From NCBI GenBank assembly GCA_017882305.1, contig JADGPU010000003.1, positions 1,006 to 65,005 of the forward strand: a stretch of 64,000 bases of DNA. The letters run 5' to 3'. Shown here piece after piece: positions 9,995 to 18,331 of this stretch. This DNA comes from Bacteroidales bacterium. GTDB lineage: Bacteria > Bacteroidota > Bacteroidia > Bacteroidales > VadinHA17. The position numbers and the translations under genes were made by a program. The stretch's first letter is position 1. The number at the start of each line of letters is the position of its first letter. The notes under the pieces are model-generated. The model was not told where the DNA came from and made no database searches. It was given only the letters and a program-made list of their open reading frames with translations.

Positions 9995-11986
9995 TCAATT
10001 ATTTATATTCTTTGGCTGTTCTGTAAATGTTGGCAAAGTAAATTTAAAATCACTTCCTTTCCCGACTTCACTTTCTACCCAAATTTTACCACCGTGTTTT
10101 TCTACAAATTCTTTACAAAGCAATAACCCTAAACCTGTTCCTGTTTCTTTTGCTGTACCTTTTGTTGTTACAACTTGCGATATATCAAACAGTTTTGTTG
10201 AATCATCAGGTGCTATTCCAATTCCATTGTCTGAAACAGATATTGTTACATTTCCAGAGTTTTCAACAGCATTAATACTTATTGCTCCATTTTTGTTTGT
10301 AAATTTTATTGCATTCGAAACAAGATTTCGTAATACTGTTTTTAACATATCTATATCCGCAAAAACATTCATATGGTCTGCTGCAGAATAATTAATTGTG
10401 ATGTTTTTTGCATTGGCATTTGAATTAAGAATTTCAAGAATATTAATGCAAATATCTCTAAAACTCAATATTTGTGGTTTGAAAGGAATCTTGCCTTGTT
10501 GAGCTCTTGCCCACATCAATATATCTTCCAGTAATTTAAAAGAGGTTTGTGCTGATTTATAAATTTGATTTACGAGTTTTTCAATTTCATCAATATCAAG
10601 TTTGCGAATATCTTCTGATAATGCTTCTGATAAACCAAGCAGGTTATTAAACGGACTTCTTAAATCGTGTGAAAGAATTGATATAAAACGGTCTTTGTCG
10701 GTATTTAGCTGAAGTAGTTTTCTTTCATTTTCTTTAAGTGCCAGTTCTGCTCGTTTGCGCTCGGTGATATCATGAACTGTTCCAATAACCCCAATAATTT
10801 CTCCATTCACATCTCGAAAAGGCATATTTTTATCTGAACTCCAACCAGATTTTCCAGAATCAGGCATATTAAAAGGAAAATCAATAGCATCAATATTCTC
10901 GCCATTTAATGCTCGTTTAAGGTTTTTAATTACACCAACCTCTTCTAAGAAAGGAAATACCTCAGTGGGATATTTACCTAAAACCCTGGATGCTGGAATC
11001 CCTGATAATTTTTCCATGAATGGATTCCATACTGTATGACGCAAATTAGCGTCATATACAATAATTCCTTCCTCTATACTATTAATAATTTGTGAAATGA
11101 ATTGATTTGATTGTTCTAAATTCTTCTCTGCCTGCTTACGGTCAGTGATGTCGATAATTACTCCTTTCAATTTAACAAGTTTATCATCTTCAATAACCGG
11201 AGATATATTGTTTTGAATCCATTTAATAGTGCCGTCAGGTTGAATTAACCGTAATTCAAGACTGGAAGGTGTTTTTTCCTTGAGCATGGCAGCAAGATTT
11301 TCGTCAAGAAAATGGACATCATCAGGATGAATTCTGCCTCTGAATAATTCAAAGGTTGGTTCAACCTCGGTGGACTTAAAACCATGAATAGCCAAATAAT
11401 TATCTGACCAAATGGTTTTTTGTGTAATCATGTCCCATTCCCAACTACCCATCTTGGCCATTTCCTGAGCATTCTTTAATGAAGATTCACTTTCTCTCAA
11501 CACCTTTTCCACCTGCTTGCGTCCTGTAATATCCCTGCAACTTCCATATACCAGACCATTGGGTAATAAGACAGCGTTTAAGTCGGTTGAAATGTAATTG
11601 CCGTCTTTTTTTAAAAGTTCAATTTCAGCAAAAACTTTACCTTCGCTCAGTATTTGCTTAAACATTTCAAAATATTCCTCCATTTTGTTTCGGGGCGAAA
11701 GGTCTGCGATAGTCTTACTAAGCATCTCTTCGGATGTATAACCAAGCATAACTGATACTGCCTTACTAGTGTACACGTACTTGCCTTGTTGATTAGTTAT
11801 GAAAATGGCATCTGCGGAATTTTCCATTATTGACTGAGACTTTTCTTCACTTTCCTGTAAAGCCTTCTCAGTGCCCTTGCGTTCGATAATGTTTTTTGAG
11901 TATGATTCTTTTAATAAATCATACTCCTTATGCGATTTGTGCAGCTCTTTTAAGAGTTCTTCTTTGGTCTTAATCTTATTATTCAT
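9995..11986 (-). CDS. cytoplasmic multi-PAS sensor histidine kinase
   Basis: 663 aa with no obvious TM segment. Several PAS-like blocks are separated by the recurring junction ITxRKQAE/ITERKRAE. HisKA H-box is ILSHDLRSPFNNLLG. The HATPase G-boxes are SDNGIGI and GTGLGLLLCKEFVEKHGGKIWVES. Confidence 0.85.
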   Translation of the reverse strand: MNNKIKTKEELLKELHKSHKEYDLLKESYSKNIIERKGTEKALQESEEKSQSIMENSADAIFITNQQGKYVYTSKAVSVMLGYTSEEMLSKTIADLSPRNKMEEYFEMFKQILSEGKVFAEIELLKKDGNYISTDLNAVLLPNGLVYGSCRDITGRKQVEKVLRESESSLKNAQEMAKMGSWEWDMITQKTIWSDNYLAIHGFKSTEVEPTFELFRGRIHPDDVHFLDENLAAMLKEKTPSSLELRLIQPDGTIKWIQNNISPVIEDDKLVKLKGVIIDITDRKQAEKNLEQSNQFISQIINSIEEGIIVYDANLRHTVWNPFMEKLSGIPASRVLGKYPTEVFPFLEEVGVIKNLKRALNGENIDAIDFPFNMPDSGKSGWSSDKNMPFRDVNGEIIGVIGTVHDITERKRAELALKENERKLLQLNTDKDRFISILSHDLRSPFNNLLGLSEALSEDIRKLDIDEIEKLVNQIYKSAQTSFKLLEDILMWARAQQGKIPFKPQILSFRDICINILEILNSNANAKNITINYSAADHMNVFADIDMLKTVLRNLVSNAIKFTNKNGAISINAVENSGNVTISVSDNGIGIAPDDSTKLFDISQVVTTKGTAKETGTGLGLLLCKEFVEKHGGKIWVESEVGKGSDFKFTLPTFTEQPKNINN

Positions 11987-12222
11987 AATTGTTGGTTATC
12001 TAAAGCATTTGATTTGTTGCTAAATGACTTATTATGCATCAAATTCTTGTGACTAATTTATAATAAAAATGCTTCCATTCTGATAATTCTTGCAAAAAAT
12101 CCTGCACTGCGTTATATATAGGTGGTTTATCAAAAGTATCCATGTTTAAGAAAAAAAATAGACACCACCCAAAAGCGTGGCAAATAAATCAGAAAACTAT
12201 TTTTCCGGGTAAGTATCATTAT

Positions 12223-14169
12223 CTATTTTTTAAAATGCTTTTTGATTAATTCATACAATAAGGTATTATTAATTGGTTTAGAAATATAATCATTGCATCC
12301 CGCTTCTATAGCCTTTTCACAGTCACCAGAAAATGCGTAGGCTGTTTGTGCAATGATAATTATATCTCTATTAAATTGACGGATTTGACGTGTGGCTTCA
12401 TTTCCATCCATTTTGGGCATTCTAATGTCCATCAAAACCAAATCAATATCAGGATTATTCCGACAAGCCTCAACGGCTTCAACTCCTGTTATTGCATGTA
12501 AAACTTCATAACTGATTTTTTGGAGTGTTCTTGTGAGAAGTGAATAAGATATTTCATCGTCTTCGACAATCAATATTTTCAGGTTTTTTATTTCAACTTC
12601 TTTATGCTCTGCGGAAACAGCATTTATTAGTTCTATTTTTTCTTCCGATACAGCATTGTAAGGAATGGTAAAATAAAATATTGAGCCTTTCCCTTCTTCG
12701 CTTTCCACCCATATTTCTCCACCAAGCATTTTCACATAAGATTTCGCTATAGATAAACCTAAACCACTGCCTTCATAACCCCGGTTATGCGATTCACTTC
12801 CCTGCCTGAATCTCTCAAAAATTAGTTCCGTCTGATTCTTTGGAATGCCTACCCCCGTATCTTTTACAAAGAATTCAAGGTATTCCCCTTTTTTCTCATA
12901 GCCGAATTCAATTGAACCATCATAAGTAAACTTAATGGCATTTTTAACAAGGTTAGTCAGTATTGCATAGACCTTTTCATTGTCTGTTTTAATGATGGCT
13001 TCTTTTACAGGCAAACTGTTTTTAAATAGAAACTGCAACCCTTTAATTTCAACTTCTGGTTTGAAGAACTTATAAATGAATTCAATTTTCTCATTAATAT
13101 TCGTTCCCTCAATATCAACTTTCATCAATCCCGATTCAATTTTCGAAACATCAACAATATTATTGATAGTATTGAGCATCCGTGCACCACTAATCTGGAT
13201 GGTTTGAATAAAATCTTGTTGCTCATCACTTGTTAAGTTCGGTTCTTTCAAAAGTTCGGCAAAGCCAAGAATACCGTTCATGGGAGTACGTATCTCATGA
13301 CTCATATTAGTGAGGAAGGCGGATTTCAAGCGATCGCTTTCTTCGGCATTTTCTTTGGCTTTAATTAGTTCTAATTCAGCCTGTTTACTCTCTGTGATGT
13401 CGTTAATACTGGATATAATGAAGGATTCTTTATTGATGTAAATGAATTTGGTGGCAAACAAACCAGTCATGATTTCCCCATTCTTTTTCTTGAATAAGAA
13501 TTCCTTCTTTGAAACATCTCTGCCATCAAGAAGAGTAGATATTACCCACTTTCGGTCTTCTATATTTACCCATATGTTAAGTCCAATCGATGAATTGGTA
13601 GTTGCCTCTTCTCTGGTGAAACCAAAAATCGAAGTAAAGGCATCGTTGACTTCCATGAATTTTCCATCTTCCACACTCGTTATAGTGATTGAATAGGGGG
13701 ATGACTTGAAAGCCTTGGAATACCTGTCTTCGCTATCTTTTAATGCTTCCTCCGCTTGCTTGCGTACTTTTTGCATCTCTTTTTCATTCAAAGCACGTTG
13801 CACTGCTAAAGCAAGCCTGCCCAACCTATCTTTAAGCACATAATCGGTAGCCCCCTGTTTAAGCAATTCAACTGCCTTTTCTTCGCCAATTGTACCTGAT
13901 ACACAAATAAAAGGGATTTCGGGTTTCAGCTCAAGAGCCAATTTGAGTGCTGCGAATGCATCCATTCTGGGCAATTTGTTGTCGGCAAGTATAATGTCAT
14001 AGTTCCTACCCTTTAAGAAATTGAGATACTCCTTTTCTCCTTTAGCAATGTCCATGCTAACCAGATAACCTGCATCTACAAGCATTTCATTTAAAAGTTC
14101 AGCGTCTTTTAAAACATCTTCAAGACACAAAACATTTAGTAAGGTATTTGATTCCGCTATTTTTTCCAT
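12223..14169 (-). CDS. hybrid sensor histidine kinase (REC-PAS-HisKA-HATPase-REC)
   Basis: N-terminal receiver (DIILADNKLPRMDAF), PAS, H-box NMSHEIRTPMNGILGF, HATPase GSGLGLSIAKSYVKMLGGEIWVES, C-terminal receiver (LVLMDIRMPKMDG ... YISKPI). The track ORF starts at 14199 and overlaps the upstream gene. The ATG at 14169 (MEKIAES) lies 4 nt after the upstream stop and is preferred. Confidence 0.85.
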   Translation of the reverse strand: MEKIAESNTLLNVLCLEDVLKDAELLNEMLVDAGYLVSMDIAKGEKEYLNFLKGRNYDIILADNKLPRMDAFAALKLALELKPEIPFICVSGTIGEEKAVELLKQGATDYVLKDRLGRLALAVQRALNEKEMQKVRKQAEEALKDSEDRYSKAFKSSPYSITITSVEDGKFMEVNDAFTSIFGFTREEATTNSSIGLNIWVNIEDRKWVISTLLDGRDVSKKEFLFKKKNGEIMTGLFATKFIYINKESFIISSINDITESKQAELELIKAKENAEESDRLKSAFLTNMSHEIRTPMNGILGFAELLKEPNLTSDEQQDFIQTIQISGARMLNTINNIVDVSKIESGLMKVDIEGTNINEKIEFIYKFFKPEVEIKGLQFLFKNSLPVKEAIIKTDNEKVYAILTNLVKNAIKFTYDGSIEFGYEKKGEYLEFFVKDTGVGIPKNQTELIFERFRQGSESHNRGYEGSGLGLSIAKSYVKMLGGEIWVESEEGKGSIFYFTIPYNAVSEEKIELINAVSAEHKEVEIKNLKILIVEDDEISYSLLTRTLQKISYEVLHAITGVEAVEACRNNPDIDLVLMDIRMPKMDGNEATRQIRQFNRDIIIIAQTAYAFSGDCEKAIEAGCNDYISKPINNTLLYELIKKHFKK

Positions 14170-14173
14170 GCTA

Positions 14174-14617
14174 TTAACCTCTTTCAGGAGGTAATTCATT
14201 TAAAACTGCCCAAAAACTACCTATTTGTTTAACGGCTTCAATAAACTGTTTAAAATCGACTGGTTTCAACACGTAAGCATTCACGCCCAATTCATAGGTG
14301 TTTATTAAATCGTTTTCCTCACGGGAAGAAGTAAGAACAACCACAGGAATTCTTTTCAATGCAGCATCACTTCGAATATCACGAAGCACCTCTATGCCAT
14401 CCATACGGGGCATTTTAATATCGAGCAAAACCAAAGCGGGGTTGCCTGTTTTACGAAGTTTATACTTTCCTTCGCAGCGAAGATATTCCAAAGCCTCTAC
14501 ACCGTCTTTTACCACAAAAATATGATTCGCCAGACTATTTTCTGCCATCGCTTCAAGAGTTAATTCTACATCTTTAGGATTGTCTTCTGCCAACAGAATT
14601 GTTCTTAATTCATCCAT
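14174..14617 (-). CDS. single-domain response regulator (REC only, Rcp1/CheY-like)
   Basis: 147 aa. ILLAEDNPKDVEL, acceptor region LVLLDIKMPRMDG, VVVLTSSREENDL, AYVLKPVDF. There is no output domain. Confidence 0.88.
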   Translation of the reverse strand: MDELRTILLAEDNPKDVELTLEAMAENSLANHIFVVKDGVEALEYLRCEGKYKLRKTGNPALVLLDIKMPRMDGIEVLRDIRSDAALKRIPVVVLTSSREENDLINTYELGVNAYVLKPVDFKQFIEAVKQIGSFWAVLNELPPERG

Positions 14618-14619
14618 GA

Positions 14620-16785
14620 TTAATCCTCCTTATTTTTGGGTAATGAAAAATAAAATGTTGCTCCTTTGTCTGGTTCAGCTTCAGCCCATGTACGTCCTCC
14701 GTGTCTTAAAATAATATGGTGGACATTGGCAAGTCCAATGCCTGTTCCTTCAAATTCATCGGTAGGGTGTAAGCGTTGAAAAACGCCAAATAATTTATGA
14801 GCATATTGCATATCGAAACCCACGCCATTGTCGTGAATAGAAAAAATAAATGCATCATTTTCATCGAGAACGTTAATCTCGATAATGGTTTTTTCTCTGG
14901 CACGGGTAAACTTAACCGCATTGCTTAACAGGTTAGTCCAAACCAAATGCAGCAAGGCTTTGTCTCCATATACTTGAGGCAGCGTTGCAATGCGCCATTC
15001 GATATTACGTTTGGGGTTATCCTGTTTTATCGACACTAAAACTTCATGAACAATGATATTCATGTCAAGGTCGACAAGCCGCTTTTCTTGTCGCCCGATG
15101 CGTGAAAATTGCAACAAATCGTCAATCAGCGTACCCATTTGGCGGGACGAATCGGCTATGTTATCTAAGTAATGCCGTCCTTTTTCAGGAAGGGAATCGT
15201 AAAAGCGGCTTAAAAGTAAGTCAACGTATCCGTTTATGTGCCGCAGCGGTGCACGCAAATCATGAGAGACCGAATATGAAAACTTCTCCAGTTCTTTATT
15301 AGCAAAGATTAACTCATCCGTAAGTTTTTGATTCTCTTCGTTTTGAAAGGCAAGTTCTTTATTAGCAATGATTAACTCTGATGTTCGTTTTTCCCTAACC
15401 CGATTGCGCTCGGTGATGTCACGGGCGGCTGCGAAAACTCCAATAACTTTTCCTTGTTCGTTGCGATAAACATTTGCATTATAAACGACATCTATAATTT
15501 TGTTAGATGTATGGCGAATTGAGAGCGGATAATCTAAAACATTACCCTCTGCAAAAACTTTTTGATACCCAATTTTTGCTTTCTCTGGTTCAGTAAAATA
15601 ATTGGAAAAATCTGTACCAATCAATGAATCTCGTGATAAGCCAGTAGCATTTTCAGTTGCCGTATTAACATCAGTAATTTTGCCATCAACATCAATAGTA
15701 ACAAATGGGTCAAGACTTGCTTCAATTAGACTTCGGGAATAATTATTGAGGAATTGTTTCTTTTCACTTTCTGCAAGAAGATGTTTTGTTTCAATACGTT
15801 CTGTAATTTTTGAAATCCTTCTTGCATAGTTGTTTACAAGTTGCGTTTCAGAAACATCAAAATTTGGCAAGGCTTCTGTGTAAGTCACAATTAATTCTCC
15901 TGTTTTTTCCCCAAGTACATTAATAGGTGCAGACAAATACATTTGGGTTTTTGGCATTCTGAAGGTTTCATTATTGCAAAATCTTTTACTATCAATTTCA
16001 AGCGAAACAAAAACTTTTTCAGGAAATTGCATACTTTGGGGAACAGTAACATTTACAAATTCATTATAAATATCTTCCAGTTTTTCAGATTTTTCGGCTA
16101 TTAGTCCTAAGGAATATATACCGTTTAATTCTTTAATCCTTTCTTCTAATGCTACTTGAATTTGTTTGCGCTCAGTAAAGTCAGTTATAACACTAATATA
16201 TCCAATTATATTTCCATCGCTATCCTTTATTGCATCTGCACGTTCATATGCTGGAAAAACATGTCCATTTTTCGTCACCATCTCTAATTCACCAGACCAA
16301 GACTTGCCACTTATAATATTATCAAACATTTCTTTGGCAACCATAGGGTTTTTGACAACAATTGCTCCACCTCCGAGTGATTCCAATTCTTCTGCAGTTG
16401 CATATCCGAACATATCTGTTAAAGCCTTATTCTGATAATAATGGTGTCCATGAGCATCAGAAATCACGATTGCATTATTGATATAATCAATTGCTTTACT
16501 TATGAAGAGTAATTTTTCACTGGCAATTCGCTCATGCTTAATAGCCATTTTGAGTTTTTTGTTGAGTTTGATTAACTCTGCTGAATGTTTTCCCTTCTCT
16601 TTTGCCAGAACGAGTTCTTTGTTAGCAATGACTAATTCAGCTGCACGTTTTGCTTTCCCTATGTTTGCAATGATTAGCTCATCTGCATTTTCTTTGTTAG
16701 CAATGACTAATTCATCTGCCACTTCTTTGTTAGCAGTGATTAACTCATTCAACGTCCCTTTTTTACTCATGCCCTTTTTTGACAT
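14620..16785 (-). CDS. PAS/GAF-like sensor histidine kinase with N-terminal tandem ELxIANKE repeats
   Basis: 721 aa. The N-terminus is MSKKGMSKKG followed by repeated (D/A)EL(I/V)IANKE units. Then come PAS blocks, a GAF-like block introduced by LEERIKELNGIYSLG, and a second ELIIANKELAFQNEENQKLTDELIFANKEL. H-box is SVSHDLRAPLRHINGYVDLL; HATPase is GTGIGLANVHHIILRHGGRTWAEAE. The stop is 2 nt before the REC gene start. Confidence 0.85.
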   Translation of the reverse strand: MSKKGMSKKGTLNELITANKEVADELVIANKENADELIIANIGKAKRAAELVIANKELVLAKEKGKHSAELIKLNKKLKMAIKHERIASEKLLFISKAIDYINNAIVISDAHGHHYYQNKALTDMFGYATAEELESLGGGAIVVKNPMVAKEMFDNIISGKSWSGELEMVTKNGHVFPAYERADAIKDSDGNIIGYISVITDFTERKQIQVALEERIKELNGIYSLGLIAEKSEKLEDIYNEFVNVTVPQSMQFPEKVFVSLEIDSKRFCNNETFRMPKTQMYLSAPINVLGEKTGELIVTYTEALPNFDVSETQLVNNYARRISKITERIETKHLLAESEKKQFLNNYSRSLIEASLDPFVTIDVDGKITDVNTATENATGLSRDSLIGTDFSNYFTEPEKAKIGYQKVFAEGNVLDYPLSIRHTSNKIIDVVYNANVYRNEQGKVIGVFAAARDITERNRVREKRTSELIIANKELAFQNEENQKLTDELIFANKELEKFSYSVSHDLRAPLRHINGYVDLLLSRFYDSLPEKGRHYLDNIADSSRQMGTLIDDLLQFSRIGRQEKRLVDLDMNIIVHEVLVSIKQDNPKRNIEWRIATLPQVYGDKALLHLVWTNLLSNAVKFTRAREKTIIEINVLDENDAFIFSIHDNGVGFDMQYAHKLFGVFQRLHPTDEFEGTGIGLANVHHIILRHGGRTWAEAEPDKGATFYFSLPKNKED
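16564..16750 (-). repeat. in-frame tandem ~33-nt (11-codon) repeats encoding ELxIANKE units inside the kinase gene
   Basis: The plus-strand word ctttgttagcaatgactaattca(g/t)ctgc and variants occur at about 16564, 16614, 16661, 16690 and 16723. Two further copies (gttctttattagcaa(a/t)gattaactc) lie at 15291 and 15354. Confidence 0.8.
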
Positions 16786-17232
16786 AATTGTTTGTTTTAA
16801 AATTGGAGTATTTCAATATATTTGCAACAAACATTTGCATCATTTTGCAGACATGCAAATTCCCTTTCACAATGAATTGTTCCTGTAATTATTTTTTCGT
16901 CAATTTCTATTTTCATAAGAAATAATTTAAATTTCATATGAAATTTCAGTACTTCGAATTGCACTTGCTAACGAAGGGAACGGATTTGAGAAGTCTGACG
17001 TTCCGAGAAGATGAGAAGTAATAGGTTAATCAGAAAAGACGATTCAAATAAGAAATGTACGTCAATAATTAACCTATATTTAGTGCATTGCATCGCAAGT
17101 TAAACAATTAAACTGACAAATCAGATTTATCTTAATGGGTCTCATCATTTATTGCATCTTTCTAAACAAACGGACGATTGTTTGGATCCAGGTAAATTAA
17201 ACAAATTATTCACCTGGGATTTCTTCTGAATA

Positions 17233-17280
17233 TGCCTTACAAGAAGAGGATCATGGGTTCGAATCCCTCATCCCCTGCAA
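17233..17280 (+). pseudogene. degraded partial copy of the tRNA-Val 3' part (anticodon loop through acceptor end); att-like direct repeat
   Basis: tgccttacaagaagaggatcatgggttcgaatccctcatcccctgcaa versus tRNA 9852-9899 tgccttacaagcagagggtcgggggttcgaatccctcatcccccacaa, 42/48 identical. No 5' half is present, and the T-stem and acceptor substitutions prevent folding. Confidence 0.75.
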
Positions 17281-17344
17281 CACATAATGGGCTCCGGTCT
17301 ACCTGAACCGTCTGTAATAACTGAACAATTACAAAGCCGAAATC

Positions 17345-17380
17345 AAAAAAAGCGGTCAGTATTGAACCTGAACGCTTTTT
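17345..17380 (-). terminator. rho-independent-type (bidirectional) terminator downstream of the peroxiredoxin gene
   Basis: Stem gcggtcag (17352-17359) pairs with ctgaacgc (17368-17375), 7 of 8 pairs, with an 8-nt loop. It is flanked by an A7 run (a T7 tract on the minus strand) and a T5 run. Confidence 0.6.
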
Positions 17381-17428
17381 CATATACTAATCGATCTGAT
17401 TTAAAACTGATCGAAATATGTCATCATT

Positions 17429-18199
17429 CTATTTGTTTGCTTTTTTAAACATCAGGTACCATACAGGACTATAATAACCTTCAGGGACGGCAGTAGTGCT
17501 ACTAGCATCTGTCTTCGGGGGAATCGGTACAAGAAGATCATTACCTACTTTCCAGTTAACCGGTGTCATAACTTTATTTGCGGAGGTGGTCTGAATCGCT
17601 GCAACTATTCTAAGCAGCTCATCTGTATTCCTTCCTACACTGCGCGGATAAAAATAAATAGCCTGAATAAGATTGTCAGGATCAATTACAAAAACTCCCC
17701 TCACCGACTGTGTCGAATTTGTCGCAGCATGTATCATACCGTATTTTTTTGATACTGACAGATTATTGTCATCAACAAGTGGAAATTTAATTTTAACAAG
17801 GCCTCTGTTATTGAGGTTAAGACTTTCCAAAGATTTTTTCCACTGATTGTGAGTATCAAGAGCATCTGTAGATACAACTACAAGCTTTACTCCAAGTTTG
17901 TCGAATTGATCCTGCAAATATGCCAGTTCCAGAATTTCCGTTGAACAGACAGGTGTAAAATCCTGAGGGTGACTAAACAGTATTTTCCATGAACGTCCAA
18001 AATCACCAGGGAAATTAATTGTCCCGTTTGTCGATTCAGCTTTGAATGATGGAGCAGTCTCCCCAATAAGAGGAATACGGAAGTTTCTGTCTTCTTTAGA
18101 CTTTTCTTGCGTTTCAGACGGGAAGACACCCTGTGACCTTAATTGTGTCATGGAAAAAAGAATTAAAACTAAAAGCAATAATTTTTTCATTGTGAACAT
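17429..18199 (-). CDS. secreted peroxiredoxin (AhpC/TSA, Prx6-like 1-Cys type)
   Basis: Signal peptide MKKLLLLVLILFSMTQLRSQ. Peroxidatic motif FSHPQDFTPVCSTE. Length and C-terminal extension are typical of the Prx6-like group. Confidence 0.85.
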   Translation of the reverse strand: MFTMKKLLLLVLILFSMTQLRSQGVFPSETQEKSKEDRNFRIPLIGETAPSFKAESTNGTINFPGDFGRSWKILFSHPQDFTPVCSTEILELAYLQDQFDKLGVKLVVVSTDALDTHNQWKKSLESLNLNNRGLVKIKFPLVDDNNLSVSKKYGMIHAATNSTQSVRGVFVIDPDNLIQAIYFYPRSVGRNTDELLRIVAAIQTTSANKVMTPVNWKVGNDLLVPIPPKTDASSTTAVPEGYYSPVWYLMFKKANK

Positions 18200-18297
18200 A
18201 ATTTAAATTTATATTGTTGTTGACGCAGATTTAACAAAATAAATTAAAATTTGTTCGAATTGAATTAAATAATTTATTCAAACTTTATGATTTGACA

Positions 18298-18324
18298 CAT
18301 TGAGTAGAAATATATGACTCAATG
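18298..18324 (-). terminator. possible terminator hairpin after the 959-aa kinase gene
   Basis: Perfect 8-bp inverted repeat cattgagt (18298-18305) / actcaatg (18317-18324) with an 11-nt loop, starting 8 nt after the stop. No clear U tract follows. Confidence 0.3.
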
Positions 18325-18331
18325 ATTTCTA

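Larger units (their letters stand above)
9897..17232. mobile_element. candidate relic genomic island bounded by tRNA-Val and a partial direct copy of its 3' part; carries only signalling genes, no integrase or transposase
   Basis: Positions 9852-9899 (anticodon loop to 3 nt past the tRNA end) recur in the same orientation at 17233-17280 with 42/48 identity. The bracketed block holds four minus-strand two-component genes plus about 450 bp of non-coding DNA. Confidence 0.35.

Noticed and set aside
12130-12200. Terminator after the hybrid kinase (ccacgcttttgggtgg followed by a T8 run on the minus strand).
   Set aside because: The stem is only 4-5 bp with mismatches. The T run is convincing but the hairpin is not, so it is not listed as a feature.
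14170-14199. Track start of the hybrid kinase at 14199 (MNYLLKEVNS...).
   Set aside because: It would overlap the upstream REC gene by 26 nt. The ATG at 14169 begins right after that gene's stop and immediately precedes the receiver domain.
16938-17021. 27-codon ORF (MKFQYFELHLLTKGTDLRSLTFREDEK) in the non-coding stretch of the island.
   Set aside because: It is very short, has no ribosome-binding or promoter context that I could support, and starts inside the 18-bp palindrome. It is most likely fortuitous.
9897-17232. Calling the tRNA-flanked block an active integrative element.
   Set aside because: No integrase, excisionase, transposase or transfer gene occurs in any frame, and the att-like repeat has 6/48 substitutions. 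Only a relic-island hypothesis is reported.
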